A stretch of 41,714 nucleotides of DNA from assembly GCF_000315625.1 (NCBI RefSeq), contig NW_005434652.1, positions 1 through 41,714 of the forward strand. The letters are read 5' to 3'. The notes beneath the pieces were generated by a model. The model worked only from the letters and a program-made list of their open reading frames with translations. It did no database searches and was not told the DNA's origin. The translations under genes and the position numbers were made by a program. Positions within the stretch are counted from its first letter, which is position 1; the number at the start of each line of letters is the position of its first letter. This DNA is from Guillardia theta CCMP2712 (lineage: Eukaryota > Protista > Cryptophyta). Of the stretch, positions 1 to 11,480 are shown piece by piece.

Positions 1-1299
1 CATAGCCACAGGCTTCTCCTTGAGAACGTTGCGCCCAACTCCCTGCTCCTCTGGCATCTTCGCCCACTCTCCCAGCGACATGAACTCCAGGCTCCCCGGA
101 GAGTAGAACGTGTCGTGGAGGTTGCCAACGGCCTTGTCCAGGACCAGCTTGATCGGCTCGCTCGTCCCCGTCTCGTTCAAAGAAGCTGCATCTTCGATGA
201 CTGCTGACAGCTCGCTGACGAGCTGCATGTCCTCTTGGCTTGACGGAGATGCTGCCTCCATTGTGATCCTCTCCAGGTCTGTAAACTCCAGCCACTCTCC
301 CTCGCTCTCCTCCTGTCGCTGCGCTGCGTCGCTGGTGCCCCGCTGACCAGCCGCCTCAGGCTCCTTGTCGAAGCCGACTGCTTCGAGCTTGGTTGCTGCG
401 CCTTCGAGATAGAAGGGCAGCTCCTTCATCATGCGTCGAGCATCCTCCGTGGAGCCGAGGAGGATGCATAGCTTGGACCCGTTCCAGGACTTGGTGTTCA
501 AATCCTCCTCCATGTCGATGCCTTCAACGTTGATCTCGAGCCTGTTAGCGATCTCCAACAAGACTCTCTTGACTCTTGCGATAGACGTGTTGCCGCCGTT
601 GCACAGCCCCTCCATCTCCTTCCTCGTGAAGCGACCAGATGCCGCCGTCGACTTGATGATGATCTTGATCTCCTTGCCGTCCTTGCCGCCTGCCTTCTTC
701 TGCATCCTTGATGCCTTCTTCAACTTATTTCTGGACACAAAGCGATCAGCTGTCAACTCGACTGCGAGCGCCTCTCTGATCTTCGGGTCCTCGCTGAACA
801 GAGTCAGGTGTACTCCCTCCATCGCTTCGCTCTCTCGGAAAGCTCGAAATGCTGTATCATTCGCCTCTGGGCAGCTCGAGGAGATGATCCACTCCACCTC
901 CCTCTGTCTCCAGATGACGTTGGCCCCTACAGCGACGAAGCCTTTCTGACCTAAGCCTTTGTGGACTTGCTGTCCTGGCGCCCCAGCGACCAGCATGCCT
1001 GCCAGCGGCTGGAGTTGGACCGCTGCAAGGGACTGGCGCAGCAGCTGATAGCGATAGACGGCAGCTATCTCAGCCGTTGTCATGCCGCCCAAGGTTAGCA
1101 GGTGAGTCAGCTCTGCCAAGCTGCCCCCTTTGCCCCAGGGTCCTCTCTTGGCTCGAATCTTGAAAGATCGATCGTGCACGATGCTCACATGTACAGCTGT
1201 GAACTTGCGACCATCGATCGCGAAGTCCTCTCTTCCCTGCCAGAGCTTCTCCGCTTGTGCATTGCGGAGCCTCGGAGGAAGGAAATAGTCACCGGGATC
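1..1299 (-). CDS. Long intronless open frame (>=433 codons, runs off the window start; first Met at 1083), unknown product, possibly mobile-element derived
   Basis: Manual translation shows no stop from 1299 to 1 (...MTTAEIAAVYRYQLLRQSL...KEKPVAM). It is absent from the ORF track because no stop lies inside the window. Upstream 1300-1560 is coding-like but broken by stops. No recognisable domain. Confidence 0.6.
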
Positions 1300-1560
1300 T
1301 TATCAGCACTCGCTATCTCGGATCTATACGGAGCCTTCCACATGATCGCTTTACTCTCTTGCTGTCTCAACCTTCTCCTTCTTGGCTTCCTCCATCTGCT
1401 GCAGAAACCGGATTGTCTGGATGCGTCACTCCATCCAGTCATTGCTTCTTGTAGAAGCTCACGTCACAGCCTTGCAAGCCTGAGCTGTCCTACTGTTAGG
1501 AGCCTGGAAATCGCTTCGCGAAGCTCTTCACTCTCTCGCAGCATGTTGCGAACACTTTCA

Positions 1561-1594
1561 TAACCCTAAACCCTAAACCCTAAACCCTAAACCC
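1561..1594. repeat. Interstitial telomeric repeat (CCCTAAA)x4 plus partial units
   Basis: taa-ccctaaa-ccctaaa-ccctaaa-ccctaaa-ccc. Further degenerate units at 1662-1675 and 1735-1757. Confidence 0.9.
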
Positions 1595-1943
1595 CTTCGG
1601 TCGCCAACTACTCCTCCTCCCTTCAGCTTCCTCAGCCTCAGTCAGAAGAGTTCAATGCCTCTCCTAAGCCCTAACCGGGCCCCGGCGGGCCGGCCGGCCG
1701 GCGGCGGGCGCGCTGCCTGAAATACCTGGCGCTGCCTAAACCCTAAACCCCAACCCCTGATTGATCTAGAACGTACATGCAGAACATTTGATGACATGCA
1801 GCGAGAAACACATAGACATATTGAAAACAGTTCATTAGATGCGATGAGAAATAGATAGACTTCTGTATGATCTGCTACAAATAGACTTTTCCGTCCTTCT
1901 CCTCCTTTTATGGGGTTTTCAACATGTAACAGCAAGGCAGACA

Positions 1944-3657
1944 ATGAATTTCTTGAATCGTTTGACTGGAAACACTGACGAGGCCAATGACAAGGAAGGT
2001 AAACAAACCATATTGCATGATCCATGATACTGTTTTGAGAGATTGCTGACCTTTATAGTGGGTGTCGGTGGATGGCTAGCGTCAATCAAAGAGAAAAGCA
2101 AAGACCTCATGGAAGTATACAAGCGAGACATTGGTAGCTGTTGCAAAACTCGTCTCCGAGTGTGACCTTTGTACATCACAGGTGAGTTTGCATCAGTTGT
2201 TTCCAAAGATACAACCGAAGCAGTTGCGAAAACACGCGGCACTATCGAGAAAAGTCTGGCCAACAAAGTGAGTTGCAGTTCACTGCAACTCTGATAAGTC
2301 TGATTTCATATGCCTCCCCTCCCAAAAAAATGCCAAAAACAGACAAGTGGAAGTGATCACAAAGCTAAGCAGCTTCCAAAGTCCAGACAAAGTGATTGTA
2401 GCAAGAGCAATCGGTAATTCCTGTCATGATCATGATATGAAAGTTCGCAACTAACAGTTGCTCAGGGTTAACCCGAAGCTTATCTCATTACAAAATACAA
2501 AAGAAACATTCACAAACGATCCAGCCGACCATGACGCCTTTGCCTGCTTCCTCGAGGTTGAAATTTATGCGAGTCGCCTTCCATTGCTGAACTCGACCAG
2601 GGGTTTGATGCATCAAAGCTCTCCATGGAGATCAGCGACCTTCTACAGGATGTGGAGTCTGTACGCTCATATCACGATGAGCTAGTTCCGGTTGGCGTAG
2701 CCTCTATGATGGAAGTCGTGCCTATGATGGTTTCACACAGGAAATAGTCACGTACAAGCTGTTCTGGGCCCGTTACTTCTTCGGTGCGAAGTCAATTGCG
2801 GATGAAGAAGCTCGCAAGCACAAGTTTCTCACGGTACATCAGAATGCGCAAGAAAGAGACTGACCACATCCCTCTCCGATGGTGCCAATCATAGGCAGCC
2901 CAGCTGTTTGACGATGAAGACTTCAAGTGGGATGAGGATGAAACAGCATCCCTCCCTTCAAATCAAGCCGGATTCCCAGCAAGCAAATCTGAAAGCAAAG
3001 ATAGCAAGGAAGACCAAGTGGAGGTCCCGGAGACGGATCCAGTAGAACGGGATGTGCATTGCGAGGACCAAGCCCCAAAATCGAAACAAACAGATGCTGG
3101 AGATGCAGAGACATCTCTTTTTACATCCGAGCCTATTTCGAAATCTGAGGTGTGCACAGTGATTCACTCTTTCATTTAGAAATCGGTATATATGATGGAG
3201 CAGGAGAATTTTGGAGACGATAAAACTGATGAAAGATTTGAGAGTGACTCTGAAACGCAAAAAGGGAACGAGAAGGTCTGATTGTAATTAAAGATTTCAT
3301 TTGGAACTTTGATGTGTTTCTTCAGGACATGGGCGACACCACTGAAGGAAGTCAGGATGTCAAGGTTCAGAACAAGGTGCTCAACTGTTGCGCATGACGT
3401 ATTCGAATAGCAGGATGATTTGCCATCCGCTCTGCTGGGCAAGTCAACGTCTACATGCATAGACGGGACTTGCTCTGCAAATGGATCGGATGAATCGTCG
3501 GGTTCTACTGTCTTCGTCAGTCACGAGGAGGTCAAAAGGGAAAAAGCAGAGGTGCAGGAGTCAGCTGAGAAGGTGGCTGGAAAGAATTGCCAGCATGCAC
3601 AGGAGTGACTCTCTTGCGCAGGACGAGAAAGATGATGACTGGGCCGATTGGGAGTGA
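1944..3657 (+). CDS. BSD domain-containing protein (BSDC1-like), multi-exon
   Basis: Spliced translation MNFLNRLTG...GWLASIKEKSKDLMEVYKRDIGEF...HDELVP|EIVTYKLFWARYFF (BSD FWxRYF motif). Acidic tail ends DDDWADWE*. About 10 short GT-AG introns. Confidence 0.85.
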
Positions 3658-3775
3658 AGAGAACAACACATGTCAGTGTAGCTGGTGATGCCAGTCCACT
3701 TTGATCGTGACAAGAAGTAAAGAGAGTTCTTCATCCATTGCACACACGTTAAAGGATGATATGAACCGAATATAC

Positions 3776-6216
3776 TTATGGCTTATCGATGATCATCGAG
3801 GCCACAGATGCGATACCCGAGTCTTCTTTCTTCTCTATCAAGCGCTCACTTCGAATGTCGTCATTAATCTCGTCTGAAAGTTGCTTCTCCATCCTCATAT
3901 CGGCGTCAGATTGAGGTCTTTGCAATGCTACAGCCTTCTCTTTGGGGGATACTGAAGACTTCCGACTTGTTTGCGTACTGGTAGGATGTTTCTTTCCACC
4001 ATGAGGAGACGCGGACAACGGATCCCTGGACACCTCCACTGAGTTTCCTCGACAGAACTCGATAATCAGCTGCGTTCGATGTCGCAGCTTTTTCGCCGCC
4101 TCCAATTCTTGAAGGAGGACAAGTACCTTGAGTCCCAGCCTTGCCTGCATCATTTTTACAACAGATAACTTCATTCTCAAGCATGCGACCTTCTCCTTCA
4201 GCCGTGTATCGATGGCTTTGTGTAGTGATTTCTCCTTCAAGAGCAAATCCATTTTTGCAGCTTCTAATACCCTGGCACGATGCGTGGCAATTGGGAAAAC
4301 CTCGCGAAGCTTTTCTTTCCTCTTCTCAACCTTGAGAGGAGTCAGAATTCATGCCGAGCAATTCACATAATTCTCACTTGTCTACGCAAGCTTGATTCTT
4401 CACCAAGCAGGTCTGCATGCTCATTTTCATGCTCGATGATAATTCGGTTGATATCATCAAGGTCTGCCTGCAGGCTTTGTTGAACTTGAATTGATCTCGA
4501 TGTATTGAAACTGCATAAAGAAGTCATTCTTTTCTTGTTTTCTCTCAATTCACCTCAAAAGCGCTTTCCTTGGATTAGGAAGATCAAAATCGGATTTGAA
4601 TTCTCTGGCCAACCCTTGAGCTTTTGGGATCCATGACAATGATTGGTTATCCGCATCAAAAATCGATTTTTGAATCAAGGAAAGGATCTGCAAATCAACT
4701 CAACACCGATTTGCGAGAGATCCAACAAGAACCTGTGATGAAATGTCTCTATCTCTTTGGAGCTCCTGTTCACTGCTCTTGAGCTGTAGGAAACATCAGG
4801 CATCAATCAAATTTGTTCACTGCAACCTTTGAGAAAAACTTCGAATTACTCTCCAGTTCTGCTTGATAAACCTGATCTGCTTTCTTGAAAGTATGTTGGA
4901 GGTACTGGACCTCACTTCTCAAAACTCCATTCGCTTCCAGTTCAGAGCGATAGTATCGCAAAGAGTCGTCGACATCTTCCAAATGTGTAATTTCTTTTTC
5001 TCGTGAAGTCTGAGAATCATGCTCAAGCGTGCGGTTTTGGAGCTTCAGTTTTTCCACAAGCGAATCAAAAACTCCTACAAGTTGAGGCAAGCCATGGAGC
5101 TGTTCACAAACCTGCCTGGTTCTGCTGAAAGAAGAGCAATCAGATTTGATTGATTAACCATGGTCAATGCCGAAACTCACTCATTCTGCAATAATTCGTC
5201 AAAACGCGAGTCTTCGGATGTAAGAAGGGTATGAAGCAAGTTTGAGCCAGGAATTTTCTTTTGTTCTAGTCCAACTCGATTCATGATCTGAGAAAGTGTT
5301 GCACTCTGCATGTTCGCCTTCAACAGGCCCTGAAACATCTGAGATGTCAGGCCATCCTTTGTCTTCTTAGGAGTTTGGTGTATTTGGGTAATTGATCTGT
5401 CAAAATCTGGGTATTTCCCCTCCTGTTCCAAGACTTAACGAATAGGCAAAAACTAGATGCAGGCAAGTATATCACACCTTTCGGCTCAAAGGAACATCAT
5501 TGTATGAATACTTCGAAGAAAGCGCATGTATTTCTTGGTCGACCTTCTGAAAGAACTTCTTAAATTTTGTATCCGATGGCTGTGGCGAATATTGATGCCG
5601 AGGTTGTCTATCAAAATGCACGGATGCCTTGGGAAACGTAGTAGCAGAACTTTGTGCGAAATCAATCTGATCCATCCTACCTTTGGTTGGTCGCGAGTCT
5701 AAAGTTCCCAGGTCTCGCTCATTGTTCCGTGATCGAGGTTCATCATGTTGCATCAGCCTCAACAGTGATTTCATCGAAACCGACTGAGGAAATTTTGACA
5801 ACATGCTCGAATGGGTGCGATAGGTATCATCCGAAGGCATCGAGACGCAGAGTACTGCGACAAAACCGATCAGACACCAAGCGCATAGAGCTACCAAACG
5901 AAGATCTCTTTCATTATCTTTAACATTTCTTCCTGTTCTATTGCCTGTCCCCGCTCTATTCCAAGATACAATGTGTTCTGTCATTCCTGGCATTGGCCTG
6001 CCCAGCACAACTCCAGTCCAGCCTTCAAATCATTTTCACAGCCATCTAGATGAAAACCGGAGAGTCTTCGATGTCATCGTTGGTACTGGAGCTCATGCGA
6101 ACATCTCCAACATAACGATTGTTCTGAAAGCCCCTAAACTCTCAAAGTCAGACAGGAGAATAAAACAAATTGAGCTCACATGGCTTCTGTTGCACCATTG
6201 TTCCCATCGAGACCAT
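3776..6216 (-). CDS. Hypothetical single-pass membrane/coiled-coil protein, multi-exon; start uncertain
   Basis: Chain of minus ORFs (5472-6008, 5177-5431, 4803-5090, 4363-4548, 3776-4252) separated by intron-sized gaps. Hydrophobic LVALCAWCLIGFVAVLCVSM is followed by heptad-rich segments. Confidence 0.6.
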
Positions 6217-6809
6217 CGTTAGTCTGCAATGAACGACAGTTAGTCATCCACCCAAAACAAGAAAAATTTAGCCATGAATGAGAAAACCAAGAAAGAGTAT
6301 CGAATAAGAATCAAAGACAATGTCTAGCATAGCTTACATTGTCGTAATAGCGCGCGCCCAGCAAGTCCAAACGCGACATTCTCCTCAGATGGTCAAACAT
6401 GGTTGCGCTTCCGAGGCTTGCTTCTATTTCCGTCAAGCCACATTTCTCAGAAGTTTACTCAAAATTAGCCGGCCCGCCCGAGAGAAGAGAAAAGACAGCG
6501 AGAACCAAATCTAATCCTGCCAACTGCTGTCTCCCAAACTTAACTGATACCTTCACATAACCGCTGTAACTGTCCCTTTCTGCTCCCGCGAAATCCAGCC
6601 TGTGATGTCTGCTATGCTATGCAGCATGGCGGGGGAGCCTGTTCCACTCTGAGAACTTGAAGATCAAGAGAAGGTTGTCAAGACCACGAGGATCATGCGA
6701 AGAGATTGAGCCTGCCAAGCTCTCTGACTGGCCCAGCATCAACAAGCTGACGATTGTTCTGCTGCTGGCTCTTCTTACCAGGGTCTCTTCTGGAGTCGCT
6801 GAGCCTGGA

Positions 6810-8810
6810 ATGGACTCACTGCTTTATCGATCGCTCGTGAACCGCGTGATCTTACACATCGACATGGACGCATTCTATGCGCAAGTGGAGCATAGAAGGA
6901 CCGGGATTTCTCGAGAGGAGCCGCTGGCTGTGCAGCAATGGGAAGGACTCATTGCAGTTAATTACCCTGCTCGAGCGCGAGGGATTACACGCCACATGCG
7001 GGTAGAAGAAGCAAAGAAGATTTGCCCTGATTTGCACTTGGTGCATGTCGAAATTGTAACTTTTGAAGGCGATACCAATGACAAACAATTGAAACAAGAC
7101 GAGAAAAGGGATGACCTTCCAAGGAAAGTAAGCCTAGAAAGATATAGAAATGCCTCGATGGAAGTGTTCGAAGTATTGCAACAATATGGGATAGTTGAGA
7201 AAGCGAGCATTGACGAGGCGTATATTGATGTTACAAAAACTGTAAATAATTTGTACAGAAGGATTTTTGATCTTGAACAGAATGACGCGGATAAACATGG
7301 GTTGAACGAAACGAATGATAGATTCGATGAAATAAGTGAGAAGTTTTGCAACATCTCATCTTTTGAGGATCTTGAACGCACGAGCAAGGAGTTCAAATCT
7401 TATGGTACCATAGATACGGCCAAAGAGGAGGATCTGAAGCTGCTTCTGGGAGCTGTAATCTGCCAAGCGGCGAGGGCAGGGGTGCTGGAACATACAAGTT
7501 TTACCTGCAGCGGAGGCATCAGTCACAACAAAATGCTTTCCAAGCTAGCTTCCGCACGACACAAACCGAATCAGCAGACGATCGTTCCTGTGCAAGGTGT
7601 ACAGTCATTGATGGAGCAACTACCTTTGAAAAATATTCGTGGGTTAGGAGGAAAGTTCGGAAACCAGCTGTGCAGCAAGCTCAATATGCTGCAGCTGCAT
7701 GGAAAGGATCCGTGCGCTGCCGATGTACAGAAGTATAGCTCCGAGGTCTTGCAGCGAATCTTCGGAGAAAAGCAAGGAAAGTGGATATATCAAGTTGTTC
7801 GTGGGGTTGATGATGACCCAGTTAAGGAACGGGATAAGAGCAAAAGCATTTTAGCATTCAAAAGCTTTGCACCCATCTACAATGAAGCAGGGTTGGATTG
7901 CTGGATTATGATGCTTTGTGCGGACCTAGCAAAGAGAATTTTTGCTGAGAGACAGATGAAATGTCGCAAGCCGCGACATCTTACTGTGCATTATACTCGT
8001 TTCCAAGAGAAAGGAAGAAAGTATTTGGAATCTCGCACCTGCCCCATGCCTTCAAGCGTACTTCTTGACTCAAGTACGCCGGAATCTATCTGTCGGGCCC
8101 TCGAAGAAACTGTACGAACAACTTTGAGTCGCGTAAAAGATTTGTATCCATGCTGCCGACTTGCGATAGGAGCGGGTGACTTCCTAGAATCGTCTGATAA
8201 CTCGATAATGTCCTTTCTGGTTCCAAAACACATATCGGATTCGCATTTGACAACAGCTTATGGAGATGAAACCCTCAAGAGGAATGCTGATACCCAGACG
8301 GGGAAAAATCTTGGAATCATGCAATTTTTTAATGGATCGTCACGTGTCGCGCACTCGAGCGGGGATCAATCTGCAGCTCCCATCCCACTCGTGAATCAGG
8401 TCACCTCAGATTCGACTCTCCACAAAAAGCGGAAAGTTGTTGCATCAGAAGAGAATTGCATGTCAAAATGGCTGAAATCGGATTCTTTACAGACCACCCA
8501 CGGAAAGGATAGTTCGATTGATGAGTCTGTCAAAGTGCTGGTGGAAATGGGGTTTGAGGATGAGCAAAAGATCCGGTTGGCATTGAAACAATCAAATTTG
8601 AACGTTGAGCAGGTGAGTTTTGCTAATACAAACTTTGTAATTGTCTCATAGTCTTACTTGCAGGCAATTGAGGTGCTTATCAACAATCTGACAGGAATGA
8701 ATTCCACAACGAATCAACCTCCCAGGAAGCACAATGTCGTTGGCAAGAACAACAAAAACTACAGCGTTCGGAAGACAGGAACACTATTCAATCACTTTAA
8801 ACCGATTTGA
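6810..8810 (+). CDS. POLH: Y-family DNA polymerase eta with C-terminal UBA-like domain
   Basis: Motifs ILHIDMDAFYAQVE, LAVQQW, IAVNYPARARG, KVSLERYRNAS, EKASIDEAY, HNKMLSKLASARHKPNQQT, GLGGKFG. One intron 8613-8663; last exon ends TLFNHFKPI*. Confidence 0.93.
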
Positions 8811-8850
8811 ATACGTTAAATGCGTGTTTACATTACAAAATATTTCACGT

Positions 8851-10103
8851 TTACTGTTGTTCTTTCTTTTGCATAGCATTCTTGCATGACAATGCGTGCG
8901 TAGTTAAAAGCCCATTGCTGCTTGTTGTCGTTAGCATTGTATAGTTTTAGGTATGGGGCTACCTCGTATGTGACAAGACCATTTCAATATTTTCCAAAAT
9001 GAGCTGCCCAAACTGAGACCAATCAGTCACTTCTATTCCAAATACAATTCTATAGGCAATTACCTGATTCCTCCAATCTTCATCAAATTTGTCTGTTTCC
9101 AAATTACGAGCAATCATCTGCAAAGACCCAATCAAAACATTGCAAGGATTCTTGGGTAATATTGAACATGTTGCAAATATCGGTTATATTGAACATGTTG
9201 CAAAGAAAGGAACAGTACCTCATAAAAATAAGTGAGAACAGCAGGATTCTGTGAGTAACCTCTCAATACTTGTAATAAGAGCTTCGGATTGTTCAAAATG
9301 TGTCCCAACAAAGCAAGGCAGTTACGGGATACTTTTTTATCTTTGGTATGAGTCTCCAGGACGCAAAAGATATCTTTCAAACTTCCACGCTCAATAAGCT
9401 TCTCAAAGATTTCCTCCTCACCAATACAAAGGTAAGATAGCGCACTAACAGCCTTTCTGACAACGAATTTCTTGTTCTTATGTATTTGCAAGGCATCTGC
9501 AAGAAGTTGAACACCTCCCAATGAGTCTATCTGCATTCGCCGCTGCGATTCTTCATTGGCTATCATCATCTCGTTGGAGTCGCTGCCCGTCAGTTCGCGT
9601 TTGAGAGAAAGATTGTTGAGTACAGAGAAGCCGGCCTCTAATACGTATACATGTTTTGAATGCAACTTCAACATATCAGTTATCAATTCGATAGCATTGC
9701 ACTGTGCGATTACTTCGCAGCGAGAGTAGTTCTTGTATGCCAAGGACGAAAGCAACCAACAGCAATGCTGGCAGCATTTGTGGCACTGAATGTTGAATTT
9801 GAGGCACTCACAGACAATCCGAATGCCGTCAAGAGATACAATCTTGTCCTTCCACTCTTGGGAGAAAAGAGAAACTTTCCACAGGATCCCAGCGCCATAA
9901 CATTGAATCGTCTTGCTTCTCGGAAAAACCTGCATGCTATGGAGGAGATGTGATAGGATATCATCATCAGCAGCTTCGCATCTGGCATATTCATAGAGAG
10001 CAACTTCATCGAAAACAAGTTTGATCTGCCTTTCACGGTCTGTCTCTGTCTCGCACACCTGAGCGAGCTGCTTGAAACTCGTCCTCGTCTCGTCTGCCGT
10101 CAT
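8851..10103 (-). CDS. Armadillo/HEAT-repeat protein
   Basis: ORF 9132-10115 has ARM-like repeats (IQCYGAGILWKVS, GGVQLLADALQIH, VVRKAVSALSYLC). Three 3' introns are predicted, giving a stop at 8851. Confidence 0.75.
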
Positions 10104-10396
10104 CTTGCATTCCAAGAACAGCTTTTATGTGCCGTTACAAAATATGCGTAACCGAATTTCTATTTCTGATGGTGTCGCAATGATTTGTTGATGGCTCTTT
10201 GAACCTGCTGTCTACACAGCCTGCTTTCTCCTTCTCCCAAGCATTTCCAATGTTGTTGTCCTCCCATCTTCCTTATCCCCGTTGCTCACCCCCCCCCCCC
10301 CCCCTTCCTTCCCTTACACCCCTTCCCATTACCATCCTTCCTTCCTCCTCCACTTGTTGAGATCCTCGTGACTTTGCATGGGTCGACAAAGATGTA

Positions 10397-11480
10397 ATGG
10401 ATCTAGAGTCCCGACACGAACCTTCCGCAGATTTATGTAGAGTCGTGTATGGTTTCTACTTTTGTCTGGCCTCTACGGCATCTTTATTCTACATTTGCTC
10501 CAACCAGATTTATTGCTGTTTTCGTTTATGCCGTAACAAAGTTGTTTTTCTCTCATTTGTTTTCGTTTTGCAGGATGTTCTTCATTCTGAACAAGGTTGT
10601 TGCTGTTAATAAGACTGGCGGAGACAAGCAATGGTTGGCCACTGTTTATCCTAAAAGGTTCAGTTGAAACTCCTTTCACTGAATGAGCTGAATGATCTGC
10701 TTCAGTCCAACTGAGGACCGTGCTTCTTCTGAAGCAATGTATGTCCCACCAAATGTTGCGAGTGAATCACTGTCAAGCATCATTCAAGCCCGAGAGCCTA
10801 AAGCAGCTGTGAAACACAGAGACTGCAGTGGTAGGCGTCTTGCTCTGTTTGGTCAATGTATTCTTCTTACTGCGTCCTAGGTGTGCATGCAGTCTCGTGT
10901 GCTGGGATGGATCTCCCTGGCTCCAAGCATTAGTTGCATCCTCGATAAATTGTGATACACTAGGAAACAAACTTCAACGCTCTCTAGTATTAAAGTGACG
11001 AGGGCCGAAAACGTTTTCCAGAGCATGAGAGGGACTGCGTTACCTAAGAAAACGATTGACGATGATGCAGGATAGACTTGGGAATAGCATGTGGACAACA
11101 TTACATAGTAGAACGAGGGAATCTGATAAAATTCATTCCACGCTGCAGCATGTCAATTTCCGTTGACATGGACATCGTATACTTCTTGAATGGCCTTTTA
11201 GCTTGTACCCAGATTCTAGACATTGAATCAGATTTTTCAATGATTCAAGATTTGGAGTATCATCTGGACTAGTGATAAAAGATCCTCAACAGTGACAGCA
11301 ACTATCATGTACAGCATGCGACATCGTGTTCCACTACAACAATGCTGTGAGAAAAGCAGCGTCAAGACAATGTTGTGAAAGAATTGTATAGCAGATAGTG
11401 GGTTGATGTATGCTCATGACCATGGAGATTAAAAAGAAAGGTCTGCGGTTCGACACCTTTTATTCAAACAGTTTCCTTGA
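10397..11480 (+). CDS. Possible multi-exon hypothetical gene
   Basis: Short ORF pieces separated by GT...AG segments of intron size. No motif recognised; boundaries approximate. Confidence 0.3.

Noticed and set aside
110-1563. Plus-strand ORFs 110-346, 431-949 and 1102-1563
   Set aside because: Ser/Leu-rich antisense shadows of the long minus-strand frame.
2270-2291. Hairpin GAGTTGCAGT-tc-ACTGCAACTC
   Set aside because: A single 10-bp stem in a BSD intron, plausible by chance and with different geometry from the island hairpins.
9159-9205. Duplicated ATATTGAACATGTTGCAAA giving LQHVQY twice in the ORF
   Set aside because: Lies in a predicted intron; simple local duplication, not CRISPR-like.
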